A stretch of 32,000 nucleotides of DNA from Cereibacter sphaeroides 2.4.1 (GTDB lineage: Bacteria; Pseudomonadota; Alphaproteobacteria; Rhodobacterales; Rhodobacteraceae). The position numbers were made by a program, and so were the translations under genes. Positions 8,737-18,437 of the stretch are shown one piece after another. The stretch is from positions 2,460,001-2,492,000 of the forward strand of contig NC_007493.2 in assembly GCF_000012905.2 (NCBI RefSeq), given 5' to 3'. The notes under the pieces are model-generated. The model ran no database searches. It had not been told where the DNA came from and was given only the letters and a program-made list of their open reading frames with translations. Positions within the stretch are counted from its first letter, which is position 1; each line of letters starts with the position of its first letter.

Positions 8737-9177
8737 TCAGGCGGGGCTGCGCTTCAGCAGGTCGCGGATCTCGGCGAGGAGTTGCTCCTGCGTCGGGCCC
8801 GCGGGCTGCGCCTCGGCCTCCTTGGCGCTCTTGTGGATGGCCGCGTCCTTCACCCGGTTCACGATCTTCACCAGCAGGAACACGACCCAGGCGATGATGA
8901 GGAAATTGATGACCGCGGTGATGAACGATCCGTAGGCGAAGACCGGGGCGCCCGCATCGCGCGCCGCGGCGAGGCTCACATAATCGCCGTCGCCCAGATT
9001 GACGAACAGGTTCGAGAAGTCGATGCCCCCGGTGATGAGGCCGATGATCGGGTTGATGAGATCGGCCACAAGGCTCGAGACGATGCCGGTGAAGGCCGCG
9101 CCGATGATGATGCCGACGGCCATGTCCATCACATTGCCCTTCGCGATGAAGGACTTGAACTCGTCCAATATGCTCAT
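8737..9177 (-). CDS. mscL: Large-conductance mechanosensitive channel, 146 aa.
   Basis: ORF 8737..9324(-) trimmed to the ATG at 9177 ([33 protein letters not shown]...), with GGAAGGAAG upstream. Confidence 0.92.
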   Translation of the reverse strand: MSILDEFKSFIAKGNVMDMAVGIIIGAAFTGIVSSLVADLINPIIGLITGGIDFSNLFVNLGDGDYVSLAAARDAGAPVFAYGSFITAVINFLIIAWVVFLLVKIVNRVKDAAIHKSAKEAEAQPAGPTQEQLLAEIRDLLKRSPA

Positions 9178-9638
9178 GCGCGTCTTCCTTCCTGTCCCGG
9201 CCGGGGCGCTGGCCTCCGGCATCTCGCTTGCGTCCGGGCAGGCCGACCGCCTGCCTCTCTGCTCCGCCCGGGAGGTCGCTTCTTCTGCGCCATGCACAGG
9301 GTCGCGGGCCGAGGCGGACCGCATGGCGGTTCGACATCCGGCCCGGAACGGCTGACGCCCTCGACTGCACCCTCACACGCGGAAACACGGTCAGAATGCC
9401 CTTCTCCGGGGCGTCGAGACAAGAGAGCAGGTGAGGGCGCGGTTCCGTCGGGACGCGCGGACCCTCCCCGCGACGAAAGGGCAGCCAGGCCCGCCGGGTC
9501 CCGACCCGCAATTTGCACAGGCGGCGGATGGCACACCGGGCATCGGTTCAAGCCCCGAAGGCAGGGCAGTCGGGCGATGAACCGGGCAGGGCCGCCGCCG
9601 ACGCGGATCGGAAGGCGCCTGCCGCGCCGGGGCTGCGC

Positions 9639-10190
9639 CTAGTGCATCATCGCGCGCAGCACGGCCATGGCTTCGGGCGAGCCCCAGTCGGCGTCGCCGA
9701 TCAGCCGCGCCACCTCGCGGCCCTCGGGGTCGAGGACCAGCGTCACCGGCAGTCCCATCACCCCGATCTGCCGGGCGAGCGCGGATTTCGGATCGCGCAG
9801 CGCGGGCAGGTGCGTGACGCCGGCCTCGTCGAAGAACTTGCGGATCGCCGGCACGGCGTTTCGCCCGGTGGCGACCGTCACCACCGCGAACTCCTCGCCC
9901 CCCATCTCGGCCGCGAGCCGGTCGAGCGTCGGCATCTCTTCGCGGCAGGGCGCGCACCATGTGGCCCAGAAGTTCGCCACCACCCAGCGCCCGTGCCAGT
10001 CGGAGAGCGACGCGGCGCCGTCGTCGAGACCCGCGAGGGTGGCCTCGGGCAGCGGCTTCGGCTCGGCATGAATCACGAGCTTCTTCATGTCGCCCGCCAG
10101 AAGGGCCCCGGCATCGGCCGGGGCCGCCGCCACGCCGTTTGCACCGAAGGTCAAGGCCGTGTAGATCACGGCAAACAGCAGACGCAGCAT
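9639..10190 (-). CDS. TlpA-like periplasmic thiol:disulfide oxidoreductase (redoxin), 183 aa.
   Basis: ORF 9639..10364(-) trimmed to the ATG at 10190 with GGGAGGTGAA upstream. It has a signal/anchor [19 protein letters not shown] and the WATWCAPC active site. Confidence 0.85.
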   Translation of the reverse strand: MLRLLFAVIYTALTFGANGVAAAPADAGALLAGDMKKLVIHAEPKPLPEATLAGLDDGAASLSDWHGRWVVANFWATWCAPCREEMPTLDRLAAEMGGEEFAVVTVATGRNAVPAIRKFFDEAGVTHLPALRDPKSALARQIGVMGLPVTLVLDPEGREVARLIGDADWGSPEAMAVLRAMMH

Positions 10191-10211
10191 TTCACCTCCC
10201 GAAGGCTTCCC

Positions 10212-11623
<1,412 letters not shown>

Positions 11624-11627
<4 letters not shown>

Positions 11628-11773
11628 AAGTCCCGCTGATCCTCGGTCTTCTGGTCCTCGCCGGCTGCGGCGTCGACGGCCCGCCGCTCCGTCCCGGCAC
11701 CGATCAGCCGGTGACGGTCCCGCCGGGCCTGTCGATCGGCGGCACCGCCGAAATCGGCATCCGGAGCAACTGA
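11624..11773 (+). CDS. Mini-lipoprotein, LptM/YifL(LppL)-like, 49 aa.
   Basis: The ATG overlaps the argH stop (ATGA). The peptide [25 protein letters not shown] has the lipobox LAGC, and the mature start CGxxGPxLxP resembles the LptM family. GC3 is high. Confidence 0.6.
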
Positions 11774-11778
11774 CCGCC

Positions 11779-11997
11779 ATGGTCCGGGCGCTGGTCCTGT
11801 TCGCCCTGCTGGCCGCCTGCAGCGATCCGAACGCGCCGCGTCTCGGGATGGGCGTGGGGGTCGGGCCGGGCGGCGTCCACGTCCATCCCCGCATGTCGAC
11901 GCGGGTGGGGGCGACCAGCCTCGGCGTGTCCCCCTACGGCGCCTCGGTGGGCACGGGCATCGGCAATGTGGGCGTCGCCGTCGGAGGAGCCTTCTGA
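11779..11997 (+). CDS. Gly-rich small lipoprotein, 72 aa.
   Basis: The ATG is at 11779, 5 nt after the previous stop. MVRALVLFALLAACSD has the lipobox LAAC. The mature part has GxGVG-type repeats. Confidence 0.55.
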   Translation: MVRALVLFALLAACSDPNAPRLGMGVGVGPGGVHVHPRMSTRVGATSLGVSPYGASVGTGIGNVGVAVGGAF

Positions 11998-11998
11998 C

Positions 11999-12316
11999 AT
12001 GTCCCCCCTGCGTCTCGTCTTCCTCGCCCTTGCCGTCTGGGGCGCCACCCATCCGATGTATCACTTCATCAGCTACATGGTGACGACGGGCGAAGGGTTC
12101 GGCGGCCTGATCGATGCCTGGTATGTGAATGCCTCGACCACGGGCCTCGTCTGGGACCTGACCATCGCCGCCCTCACCCTCACCGTCTGGGTGCTGGCCG
12201 AGAGCGTCCCGCGAAAGAACTGGCTCGCGCTGGTGGCCATTCCCGCCACCTTCCTGATCGGCGTGTCCTGCGGCCTGCCGCTCTATCTGTTCCTGCGCTC
12301 GCGCCCCGCGGCCTGA
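11999..12316 (+). CDS. Small integral membrane protein (DUF2834-like), 105 aa.
   Basis: ORF 11966..12316 trimmed to the ATG at 11999 with GGAGGAG 10 nt upstream. MSPLRLVFLALAVWGATHPMYHFISYM... has three hydrophobic helices. Confidence 0.65.
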   Translation: MSPLRLVFLALAVWGATHPMYHFISYMVTTGEGFGGLIDAWYVNASTTGLVWDLTIAALTLTVWVLAESVPRKNWLALVAIPATFLIGVSCGLPLYLFLRSRPAA

Positions 12317-12361
12317 GCCCGACCCGCCGCCCGCGCGCATCCGGGGCACGAGCCCCTTGGC

Positions 12362-12437
12362 CCCTGCCCCGCGGCCGCCCGCCCCCCGCTCCGGCCCCCG
12401 TGGCCCGAGCCCCGATCCCCCGCCCTGCCCCGCGGCC
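12362..12437 (+). repeat. Two copies of the 15-mer CCCTGCCCCGCGGCC inside a C-run-rich lysA leader.
   Basis: The copies are at 12362-12376 and 12423-12437. Positions 12361-12420 contain 39 C against 15 G, and there are at least 10 runs of three or more C within ~100 nt. Confidence 0.85.
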
Positions 12438-12510
12438 CGGGCCCCGTTCCTCCGCACCGGCCGGTGCATCCGCTCCGAGCCGCGCCCCCGATCTTCAGGC
12501 TGACCAGACC

Positions 12511-13776
12511 ATGGACCATTTCCTCTACCGCAACGGGTCGCTCCACGCCGAGGAGGTGCCGCTCTCGGACATCGCCGCGACCGTCGGCACGCCCTTCTAC
12601 TGCTACTCGGCGGCCACGCTCGAACGGCACTACCGGCTCTTCACCGAGGCGCTGACGCCCCTGCCGCATCTGGTCTGCTTCGCGATCAAGTCGCTGTCGA
12701 ACCTCGCGGTGCTGAAACTTCTGGGCGATCTCGGCGCGGGCATGGATGTGGTCTCGGCGGGCGAATATCTGCGCGCGCGCGCCGCGGGCGTGCCGGGCGA
12801 CCGGATCGTCTTCTCGGGCGTGGGCAAGACCCGCGAGGAGATGCGGATCGCGCTCGAGGGCGGGATCCGGCAGTTCAACGTGGAATCCGAGCCCGAGATG
12901 CGGGCGCTGTCCGAGGTGGCCTCCTCGATGGGGCTGCGCGCGCCCATCGCCGTGCGGGTGAACCCCGACGTCGATGCCCGCACCCACGAGAAGATCGCCA
13001 CAGGCAAGAAGGAGAACAAGTTCGGCATCCCGATAGAGCGCGCCTCCGAGGTCTATGCCGAGGCCGCGGCCCTGCCCGGGCTCGAGGTCATGGGGATCGA
13101 CGTCCATATCGGCTCGCAGCTGACCGAGCTCGAGCCCTTCGAGCAGGCCTATCTGAAGGTGGCGGAGCTTACCGGCCGCCTGCGCGCCGAGGGCCACGAG
13201 ATCCGCAGGCTCGACCTCGGCGGGGGTCTGGGCATCCCCTATACCCGCTCGAACGAGGCCCCGCCGCTGCCCACCGACTACGGCGCGCTCATCAAGCGCA
13301 CCGTGGGCCATCTCGGCTGCGAGATCGAGATCGAGCCCGGGCGGCTGATCTCGGGCAACTCGGGCGTGCTGGTGAGCCGGGTCATCTATGTCAAGAACGG
13401 CGAGGGACGCGACTTCCTGATCCTCGACGCGGCGATGAACGATCTCGTGCGGCCCTCGATGTATGGCGCGCACCACGACATCGTGCCGCTGGCGGAGGCC
13501 GCGCCGGGCACCGAAAGCCAGCCCTACGACGTGGTGGGCCCGGTCTGCGAGACGGGCGACACCTTCGCCAAGGCGCGCGCGCTGCCGCCGATGGCCGAGG
13601 GCGATCTGGTGGCCTTCCGCTCGGCCGGGGCCTATGGCGCGGTGATGGCCTCGGAATACAATTCCCGCCCGCTGGTGCCCGAGGTTCTGGTGCGCGGGGA
13701 TCACTTCGCCGTCATACGGGCGAGACCGACGTTTGACGAAATGCTCGGCCGCGATAGCATCCCCGAATGGCTGTGA
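12511..13776 (+). CDS. lysA: Diaminopimelate decarboxylase, 421 aa.
   Basis: ORF 12400..13776 trimmed to the ATG at 12511 (MDHFLYRNGSLHAEEVPLSDIAATVGTPFYCYS...). It has the PLP-lysine region FAIKS and the GGGLGI, EPGR and CETGD motifs. Confidence 0.92.
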   Translation: MDHFLYRNGSLHAEEVPLSDIAATVGTPFYCYSAATLERHYRLFTEALTPLPHLVCFAIKSLSNLAVLKLLGDLGAGMDVVSAGEYLRARAAGVPGDRIVFSGVGKTREEMRIALEGGIRQFNVESEPEMRALSEVASSMGLRAPIAVRVNPDVDARTHEKIATGKKENKFGIPIERASEVYAEAAALPGLEVMGIDVHIGSQLTELEPFEQAYLKVAELTGRLRAEGHEIRRLDLGGGLGIPYTRSNEAPPLPTDYGALIKRTVGHLGCEIEIEPGRLISGNSGVLVSRVIYVKNGEGRDFLILDAAMNDLVRPSMYGAHHDIVPLAEAAPGTESQPYDVVGPVCETGDTFAKARALPPMAEGDLVAFRSAGAYGAVMASEYNSRPLVPEVLVRGDHFAVIRARPTFDEMLGRDSIPEWL

Positions 13777-13804
13777 CGCGCGCAGCCGCAGTCAGGCGAG
13801 GCGC

Positions 13805-16309
13805 ATGGCCCACGAGAACCGCGACACCGCTCGGGATCCCGCGACCGCCACGGCGCTCGCGCGACTGATCTGGCCGCTCCGCCTGACATGGGCGGGGCTC
13901 TGGGCCGAGCGGCTGGTGCGCAGCTTCTGGCCGGTCTGGACGATCCTCGTGGCGACCCTCGCGGCGCTGGTCTTCGGGCTGCAGGATCTTCTGCCGCTCG
14001 ACTGGGTGCGGGGCGGCCTCGCGCTGGCAGTCCTGGGCGCGCTGATCGCGGCAGGCTTCGGGCTTCGCGCCTTCCGCAGGCCCACGCGGACCGAGGCGCT
14101 CTCCCGGCTCGACGCCTCGCTGCCGGGCCGCCCGATCTCCTCCATGACCGACGCGCAGGCCATCGGCAGCGGCGATCCCTGGTCGCGCGCCATCTGGGAG
14201 GCGCACCGCCGCCGCATGGCCGAACGCGCGGCCGAGGCGCGTCCCGTGCGACCCGACCTCAGGCTCGCCCGCCGCGACCCGTTCGCGCTGCGCTATCTGG
14301 CGCTGACCGCCCTCGTCATCGCGCTGATGTTCGGCTCGATCTGGCGCGTGGCCTCGGTCACGGGCCTCGCGGGCGGCGGGGCGGAGGCGATGGTAGGCCC
14401 GAGCTGGGAAGCCTGGGCGCAGCCCCCCTCCTATACCGGCAAGCCGTCCCTCTATCTCAACGAGATCGACGCGCCCGAGATCACCCTGCCCGTGGGCACG
14501 AGGCTCCAGATCCGCCTCTACGGCGAGGTGGGCGATCTGACCGTCACCGAAAGCGTCTCGGGCCGCCCCGCGGGCGAGGCGCCCGCCGGGCCCGCGCAGG
14601 ATGTCGAGGTGCGCCAGACCGGCGCGCTGACCATCGACGGGCGCGGCGGAAGGTCGTGGAAGATCATGGCGCTGGCCGACCGCCCGCCGCTCGTCACCGC
14701 CGACGGCCAGATGGAGCGCGAGGCCGACGGGCAGATGAAGCTCTCCTTCTCGGCCCGCGACGATTACGGCGTGACGGGCGGTCAGGCCACGATCCTGCTC
14801 GACCTGCCTGCGATCGACCGCCGCTACGGGCTGGCGGTGGACCCCGAGCCGCGCGAACCGGTGACGCTCGACCTGCCCCTGCCCATCGCGGGCAACCGCG
14901 CCGAGTTCAGCGAGACGCTGGTCGACGATCTGGCGAAACATCCGTTCGCGAACCTGCCCGTGGTGCTGAACCTCTCGGTCACGGATGCCGCCCTGCAGGA
15001 AGGCCGCGCCGAGCCCCTGAAGGTGGTGCTGCCGGGCCGGCGCTTCTTCGACCCGCTGGCGGCGGCCCTGATCGAGATGCGGCGCGACCTCCTGTGGAAC
15101 CGGACGAACGGGCCGCGCACGGCGCAGATCCTCCATGCGGTGACTCATGCGCCCGAAGGGCTCTTCCGCAACGAGCGCGCCTTCCTGCGCACGCGGGTGC
15201 TGATGCGGAAGCTCGATGCCGAGGCCGCCACCCTGGCCCCCGCCGCCCGTGACGAGATCGCCGAGCAGCTCTGGGAGATCGCGCTGATGGTCGAGGAGGG
15301 CGACCTCGCCTCGGCGCTCGAGGCGCTCCGGCGCGCACAGGACCGGCTCGACGAGGCGATCCGCAACGGCGCCTCGCAGGACGAGATCGAGCAGCTGATG
15401 CAGGAGATGCGGCAGGCGCTCGACAATTACATGCGCGAGCTGGCCGAAGAGGCACAGCGCAATCCCGACCAGCAGCAGGCCGAGAACCGCCAGACGATGG
15501 AGATGTCGGGCGACCAGTTGCAGGAGATGCTCGACAAGCTGCAGGAGCTGATGGAGCAGGGCCGCATGGCCGAGGCGGCCGAGCTGATGGAGATGATGCG
15601 TCAGCTGATGGAGAACATGCAGGTCACCATGGGCGAGGGTCAGGGCCAGGGCCCCGGCAGCCAGGCGATGCGCGACCTCTCCGAGACGCTGCGCGACCAG
15701 CAGGGCCTGTCGGACGATGCCTTCCGCGAGCTGCAGCAGGGGCCGAACGGCGGCCGCCCGCAGGACGGCCGGCCCGGCGAGGGCGAGGGTCAGGAGGGCC
15801 GCGACGGCCGGAGCCTCGCCGAGCGCCAGCGCGAGCTGGGCGACCGGCTGAACGGAATGCAGAACCAGCCCCTGCCCGGTCAGGGCAGCGAGAGGGGCGA
15901 GAACGGCCGCCGCTCGCTCGACGATGCCGGCCGGGCCATGCGCGAGGCCGAGCGGGCGCTGCGCGACGGCGACCTGCCGGGCGCCCTCGACCGGCAGGCC
16001 GAGGCGATGGAGCAGCTGCGCGAGGGGATGCGCGAGCTGGGCGAGGCCATGGCCGAGGAGCAGCGCCAGCAGAACGGTCAGGGCGAGGGCGAGGCCTTCG
16101 GGCGCGCGGATCCGAACAGCCAGCGCGATCCTCTGGGGCGCGAGCCCGGCGAGACCGGCCGGATCGGATCCGACCGCAACATGCTGCAGGGCGAGGATGT
16201 CTACCGCCGCGCTCAGGATCTCTTGGACGAGATCCGCCGCCGTTCGGGCGACCTCTCGCGCCCCGAGATCGAGCGCGAATATCTCCGCCGGCTGCTCGAC
16301 ATGTATTGA
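13805..16309 (+). CDS. TIGR02302/DUF4175-like membrane protein with a Q/E/M-rich low-complexity C-terminal half, 834 aa.
   Basis: ORF 13733..16309 trimmed to the ATG at 13805. It has N-terminal TM helices (WPLRLTWAGLWAERLV..., WPVWTILVATLAALVFGL, GGLALAVLGALIAAGFGL). The C-terminus is rich in QEM/GEGQ repeats and ends RPEIEREYLRRLLDMY. Placement after lysA is typical for this alphaproteobacterial family (recall). Confidence 0.75.
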   Translation: MAHENRDTARDPATATALARLIWPLRLTWAGLWAERLVRSFWPVWTILVATLAALVFGLQDLLPLDWVRGGLALAVLGALIAAGFGLRAFRRPTRTEALSRLDASLPGRPISSMTDAQAIGSGDPWSRAIWEAHRRRMAERAAEARPVRPDLRLARRDPFALRYLALTALVIALMFGSIWRVASVTGLAGGGAEAMVGPSWEAWAQPPSYTGKPSLYLNEIDAPEITLPVGTRLQIRLYGEVGDLTVTESVSGRPAGEAPAGPAQDVEVRQTGALTIDGRGGRSWKIMALADRPPLVTADGQMEREADGQMKLSFSARDDYGVTGGQATILLDLPAIDRRYGLAVDPEPREPVTLDLPLPIAGNRAEFSETLVDDLAKHPFANLPVVLNLSVTDAALQEGRAEPLKVVLPGRRFFDPLAAALIEMRRDLLWNRTNGPRTAQILHAVTHAPEGLFRNERAFLRTRVLMRKLDAEAATLAPAARDEIAEQLWEIALMVEEGDLASALEALRRAQDRLDEAIRNGASQDEIEQLMQEMRQALDNYMRELAEEAQRNPDQQQAENRQTMEMSGDQLQEMLDKLQELMEQGRMAEAAELMEMMRQLMENMQVTMGEGQGQGPGSQAMRDLSETLRDQQGLSDDAFRELQQGPNGGRPQDGRPGEGEGQEGRDGRSLAERQRELGDRLNGMQNQPLPGQGSERGENGRRSLDDAGRAMREAERALRDGDLPGALDRQAEAMEQLREGMRELGEAMAEEQRQQNGQGEGEAFGRADPNSQRDPLGREPGETGRIGSDRNMLQGEDVYRRAQDLLDEIRRRSGDLSRPEIEREYLRRLLDMY

Positions 16310-16510
16310 GAGGGCGGCAGCGACGCTTCCGTCCTCGCGAGGTTCCGCTGCGCACGGGACACCATCGCGTGGTCCCGAAGGAAACCGCGGCGCTGTCGTC
16401 TCGCGAGACCCGGCCCCGCCCGGTCGATCACCCTGCCGTTGCGAAGGGAGCTTGGCGCTGTCCGCCCGGGCACTGCCTGAGGCGCACCCGGCCCTGACAG
16501 GTGTCAGCCG

Positions 16511-17602
16511 TCAGCGGGCCTCCTCGAGGCGCTCCGCGGCGGTGCGCAGCAGCCGGTCGAAGGCCAGGCGCGCCTCGTCGACCGCCGTCACATAGCGCCG
16601 CAGGGCGGGTTCGGCGCCCGGGATCTCGGCCGCGATCCGCGGCGCCATCGCGTAGGCCAGCGCGAGGAACAGGGCCAGACTGATCATCAGGAAGAAGCCG
16701 GTCCGGAACGGGGCGCGCGAGCGCGGCGCGGGCGCCTGCGGCGCGGCAGTCTCCGTCGGGCGCTTCCCGTTCGAGCGGAGGCTCGAATTGATCGCCTCGA
16801 TGTCCGGCAGCAGATCGCGGCGGGGACGCGCGACGGGCTCGGCCGGATCGGGCGCCCCGGTCGGGACGACATCCGGCGAGGCGGTGGGCGGCAGAGCCTG
16901 CGGCCAGGGCGCGACGGGCGCCACGGCGGCCGCGGGAACCGGCTCCGGCGTCGGAGCGGCGGCAGGCCGGGCGGGCGCTTCGGCCCGACGCTGACGGGCG
17001 GCAAGCTCGGCCTCCTCGCGCAGGACGGCCAGAAGCCCCTCGTCGAGGCTCCGGCTGGGCGGGGCCACCGTCCCGGCCCAGAGCCTCCGCGACTCGGCCG
17101 TCCTTTCGTCCTCGTCCTCGTCGTCCTCGTCGATGGGCGGCAGGGATGGGGGCACCGGTCTGGCCGGACCCCCATGAAGGCTGGCGCCGCCGCCCTGCAC
17201 CTGCTCGGGCCGGGAGGCATCGGCGCCGAACGGGGTCCCGGTCTCCGGCTCGGCCGCCTTATCGGACCGGGGCGGCTGGGCCTCGGCCCGGGATCCTATT
17301 TCCGGCTCTCCGCCCCTCTCCGGCCGATCCGCCCGGGGCTGCTGGGCGGGCGCTTCGGGCCGAGCTTCGGCCGCGCGCTCTTCTCCATCGGGCTGCGACG
17401 GCAGGGCCGCGGGATCGGGCCGATCCGGCTGCGGCGCGGCAAAGGTGGGCGGCGCGCCGATCCCTTCCACGCGGATCAGCGAGACCGGGCGCTGGAACCA
17501 TCCGTGACCGCAGTTCGAACATTGCACGTCGCGGCCTTCCGGGGGGATCGCCTCGTCGGACACTTCATATTGCGCATCGCAATTCGGGCATATCAGCCGC
17601 AT
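16511..17602 (-). CDS. MJ0042-type zinc-ribbon protein with a Pro-rich linker and a C-terminal TM helix, 363 aa.
   Basis: ORF 16511..17782(-) trimmed to the ATG at 17602. MRLICPNCDAQYEVSDEAIPPEGRDVQCSNCGHGW carries CxxC...CxxC. It also has an acidic run IDEDDEDEDE and the TM helix FFLMISLALFLALAYAMA near the C-terminus. Confidence 0.8.
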   Translation of the reverse strand: MRLICPNCDAQYEVSDEAIPPEGRDVQCSNCGHGWFQRPVSLIRVEGIGAPPTFAAPQPDRPDPAALPSQPDGEERAAEARPEAPAQQPRADRPERGGEPEIGSRAEAQPPRSDKAAEPETGTPFGADASRPEQVQGGGASLHGGPARPVPPSLPPIDEDDEDEDERTAESRRLWAGTVAPPSRSLDEGLLAVLREEAELAARQRRAEAPARPAAAPTPEPVPAAAVAPVAPWPQALPPTASPDVVPTGAPDPAEPVARPRRDLLPDIEAINSSLRSNGKRPTETAAPQAPAPRSRAPFRTGFFLMISLALFLALAYAMAPRIAAEIPGAEPALRRYVTAVDEARLAFDRLLRTAAERLEEAR

Positions 17603-17765
17603 GTCCCTCGTCCTGCCCCGTTTTCTGGTTCTTGCCCCACCTTGTAGCGCCGTTGCCCCCGCCATCCAAGCCTCTGTGGCCCGCCCGGCACCGAGCCGCA
17701 TTGAAACCGCGGACAGGTCGGTTAAGACTGCGGCCGCATGCGCGGGGACCCAGGGGAGTGACGGC

Positions 17766-18437
17766 GTGATCGCCTTCGACAATGTCGCCTACAGCTACGG
17801 CGGGGGAGAGCTCCTGTCCGAGGTCTCGCTGCGGCTGACGCCCGGCTCGTTCCATTTCCTCACCGGTCCCTCGGGGTCGGGCAAGTCGACCTTCCTCAAG
17901 CTCTGCTACGGCGAGCTTCTGCCCACCGTGGGCACGGTCACGATCTTCGACCGCGAGGTCCATGGCCTCGACCGCGACGAGGTCGCGCGGATGCGGCGGC
18001 GGATCGGCGTGGTGCATCAGGATTGCCGCTTCCTCGACCATCTGCCGCTCGCCACCAACGTGACCCTGCCGCTGACCGTGACCGGGCGCGAGAGCAACAC
18101 GCAGGATCTGTCGGACCTGATGGCATGGGTGGGGCTGTCGCAGCTGGCGGACGCCCTGCCCCCCTCGCTCTCGGGCGGCGAGCGCCAGCGCGCTGCGGTC
18201 GCGCGGGCGATCATCACCTCGCCCGACGTGCTTCTGGCCGACGAGCCGACCGGCAACCTCGACTGGGAGATGTCGCTCCGGCTCCTGAAGCTTCTGGTGG
18301 AGCTGAACCGGATGGGCACGACCATCCTTATAGCCACGCACGATCTGAACCTCATCCGCAGCGCCAAGCAGCAGGTGGCGGCGCGGGTGCTGCGCATCTC
18401 GAACCGCCGGATCCAGCTGGCGGGGGCGGACCTGTGA
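17766..18437 (+). CDS. ftsE: Cell division ATP-binding protein FtsE, 223 aa.
   Basis: The GTG start at 17766 has AGGGGAG 7 nt upstream, and there is no in-frame ATG between 17601 and the ABC core. Walker A is GPSGSGKST, the signature is LSGGERQR, and Walker B is LLADEPTGNLD. Confidence 0.88.
   Translation: MIAFDNVAYSYGGGELLSEVSLRLTPGSFHFLTGPSGSGKSTFLKLCYGELLPTVGTVTIFDREVHGLDRDEVARMRRRIGVVHQDCRFLDHLPLATNVTLPLTVTGRESNTQDLSDLMAWVGLSQLADALPPSLSGGERQRAAVARAIITSPDVLLADEPTGNLDWEMSLRLLKLLVELNRMGTTILIATHDLNLIRSAKQQVAARVLRISNRRIQLAGADL

Noticed and set aside
8737-9324. A 49-codon upstream extension of mscL, giving the full ORF of 195 aa.
   Set aside because: MscL family proteins start at MSILxEFK. 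A strong GGAAGGAAG SD precedes the ATG at 9177, and the extension is Arg/Ala-rich with lower GC3.
12400-12510. A GTG-initiated 37-codon in-frame N-terminal extension of lysA, and alternatively a lysine riboswitch in the leader.
   Set aside because: The extension has a Pro/Ala-rich translation and GC3 of only about 73%, well below that of neighbouring genes. The canonical LysA N-terminus begins at 12511. The leader is C-run-rich and lacks the purine-rich conserved cores of an L-box.
12283-15252. Long ORFs antisense to or out of frame with lysA and the TIGR02302-like gene (12283..13704-, 13712..15148-, 13888..15252+).
   Set aside because: Their composition is low-complexity and Arg/Gly/Pro-rich, with no motifs. 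The sense frames carry clear DAP decarboxylase motifs and TM helices.
15400-16150. Repetitive GAGGGC/CAGGGC-type nucleotide repeats that could be mistaken for a tandem-repeat or CRISPR-like array.
   Set aside because: They are in frame within the TIGR02302-like CDS and encode GEGQ/QEM low-complexity protein. There is no repeat-spacer periodicity.
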